Shown here in pieces: positions 6,991 through 7,805 of a DNA stretch of 7,805 nt; position 1 is the stretch's first letter, and each line of letters starts with the position of its first letter. This DNA comes from Octopus sinensis. Its lineage: Eukaryota. The DNA lies in assembly GCF_006345805.1 (NCBI RefSeq), contig NW_021828765.1:1-7805 (forward strand). The letters are read 5' to 3'. Under the pieces are notes generated by a model that was not told the origin of the DNA, ran no database searches, and was given only the letters and a program-made list of their open reading frames with translations. The position numbers and the translations under genes were made by a program.

Positions 6991-7805
6991 TCTTGTAACG
7001 CGTTTTAACTTTATTCATAGTAACTATCTAGGTTTCATTTTGGAATTCGATCTAATTCTTATGAATTAGCTATTAATCTGTTATCAGACACTACATTTTT
7101 TACTTTCCCATTTTCTTTATATAAGAATTCAAACATAAACTGTTACTATTTAATTATGCCTCATTCTTTATTTTATTTTGGATCATTCCTTATTTAAAAT
7201 ATGCCGATCGTCTATTATCATAAATCGATTTGTTTTTTCCTATAAGTTTGTATTTTTTGATTACTTTATTTATACATATTTTTAATAAATTTAAAATAAA
7301 AATAATATTGAATAAAAAGATTCTCTTAAATACTATCATCTTTGTTATTTATCACGTTGGATATAATTCTAATGAGTCCTTATAGTAACTAATTTTTTAG
7401 CGACTGAAAAAATGCAAGACTTCTGGGCAGATACTCTAAATACTAAAAAAATTGATTCATTGTCACTTGAAAATTGCAGCCATGTATTTTAAAAATATAT
7501 TAATCTTAAAAAATTTATCAGTAAAATAACTATAAATTAGTTATTACTGAAATCCCTTCCAAAAATGGACCTTCTCGATGTAACTGTCGCTGTGCCATTT
7601 TATGAAGATGATAAAAAATTTTGCAACTTGGGAGTAACTGTAGATACATGCGGATTCTACGTCAAAGTCAAGTTCTACGTTATTTCCAATACTTTCCATT
7701 ACGAATGGGTGCATTTGCTTGACCTTGATTTGGGATTTTTGGACCCTCATTTGGGCATCGACTCAAATTGAGGTTCAAATCTAGTTTAAAGTTGACACCT
7801 GAAGA

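Noticed and set aside
6887-7069. ORF of 60 aa on the plus strand
   Set aside because: At the length cutoff, with no recognisable motif.
7608-7700. Two GT-AG segments (28 and 23 nt) on the minus strand that would open a longer frame
   Set aside because: Found by searching for frame restoration with no conserved motif to anchor them, and their composition is unlike the AT-rich supported introns.

Overview
AT-rich eukaryotic DNA. Bases 1-5066 form a nested transposon island, followed by a probable host gene. In order: the end of a Buster/Charlie-type hAT element (1-66); an old, degenerate non-LTR retrotransposon RT region (~330-2330, +) split by a Merlin (IS1595/ISXO2-like) deletion derivative with perfect 34-bp TIRs (516-1580); a pogo/Tigger-type element (2637-5064, perfect 24-bp TIRs, TA TSD) whose transposase is interrupted by a 717-bp hAT derivative (2984-3700, 8-bp TSD TTCTAGAG); and a PDZ-domain gene (-, ATG at 5915) that the ORF track misses. 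The main signal is a set of ultra-short GT-AG introns: three of 23-26 nt in the Merlin transposase, one of 27 nt in the hAT transposase remnant, and probably one of 26 nt in the PDZ gene. In the two transposases, splicing restores conserved motifs. Bases 6000-7805 are poorly resolved. All protein assignments come from manual translation and recalled motifs, not database searches.
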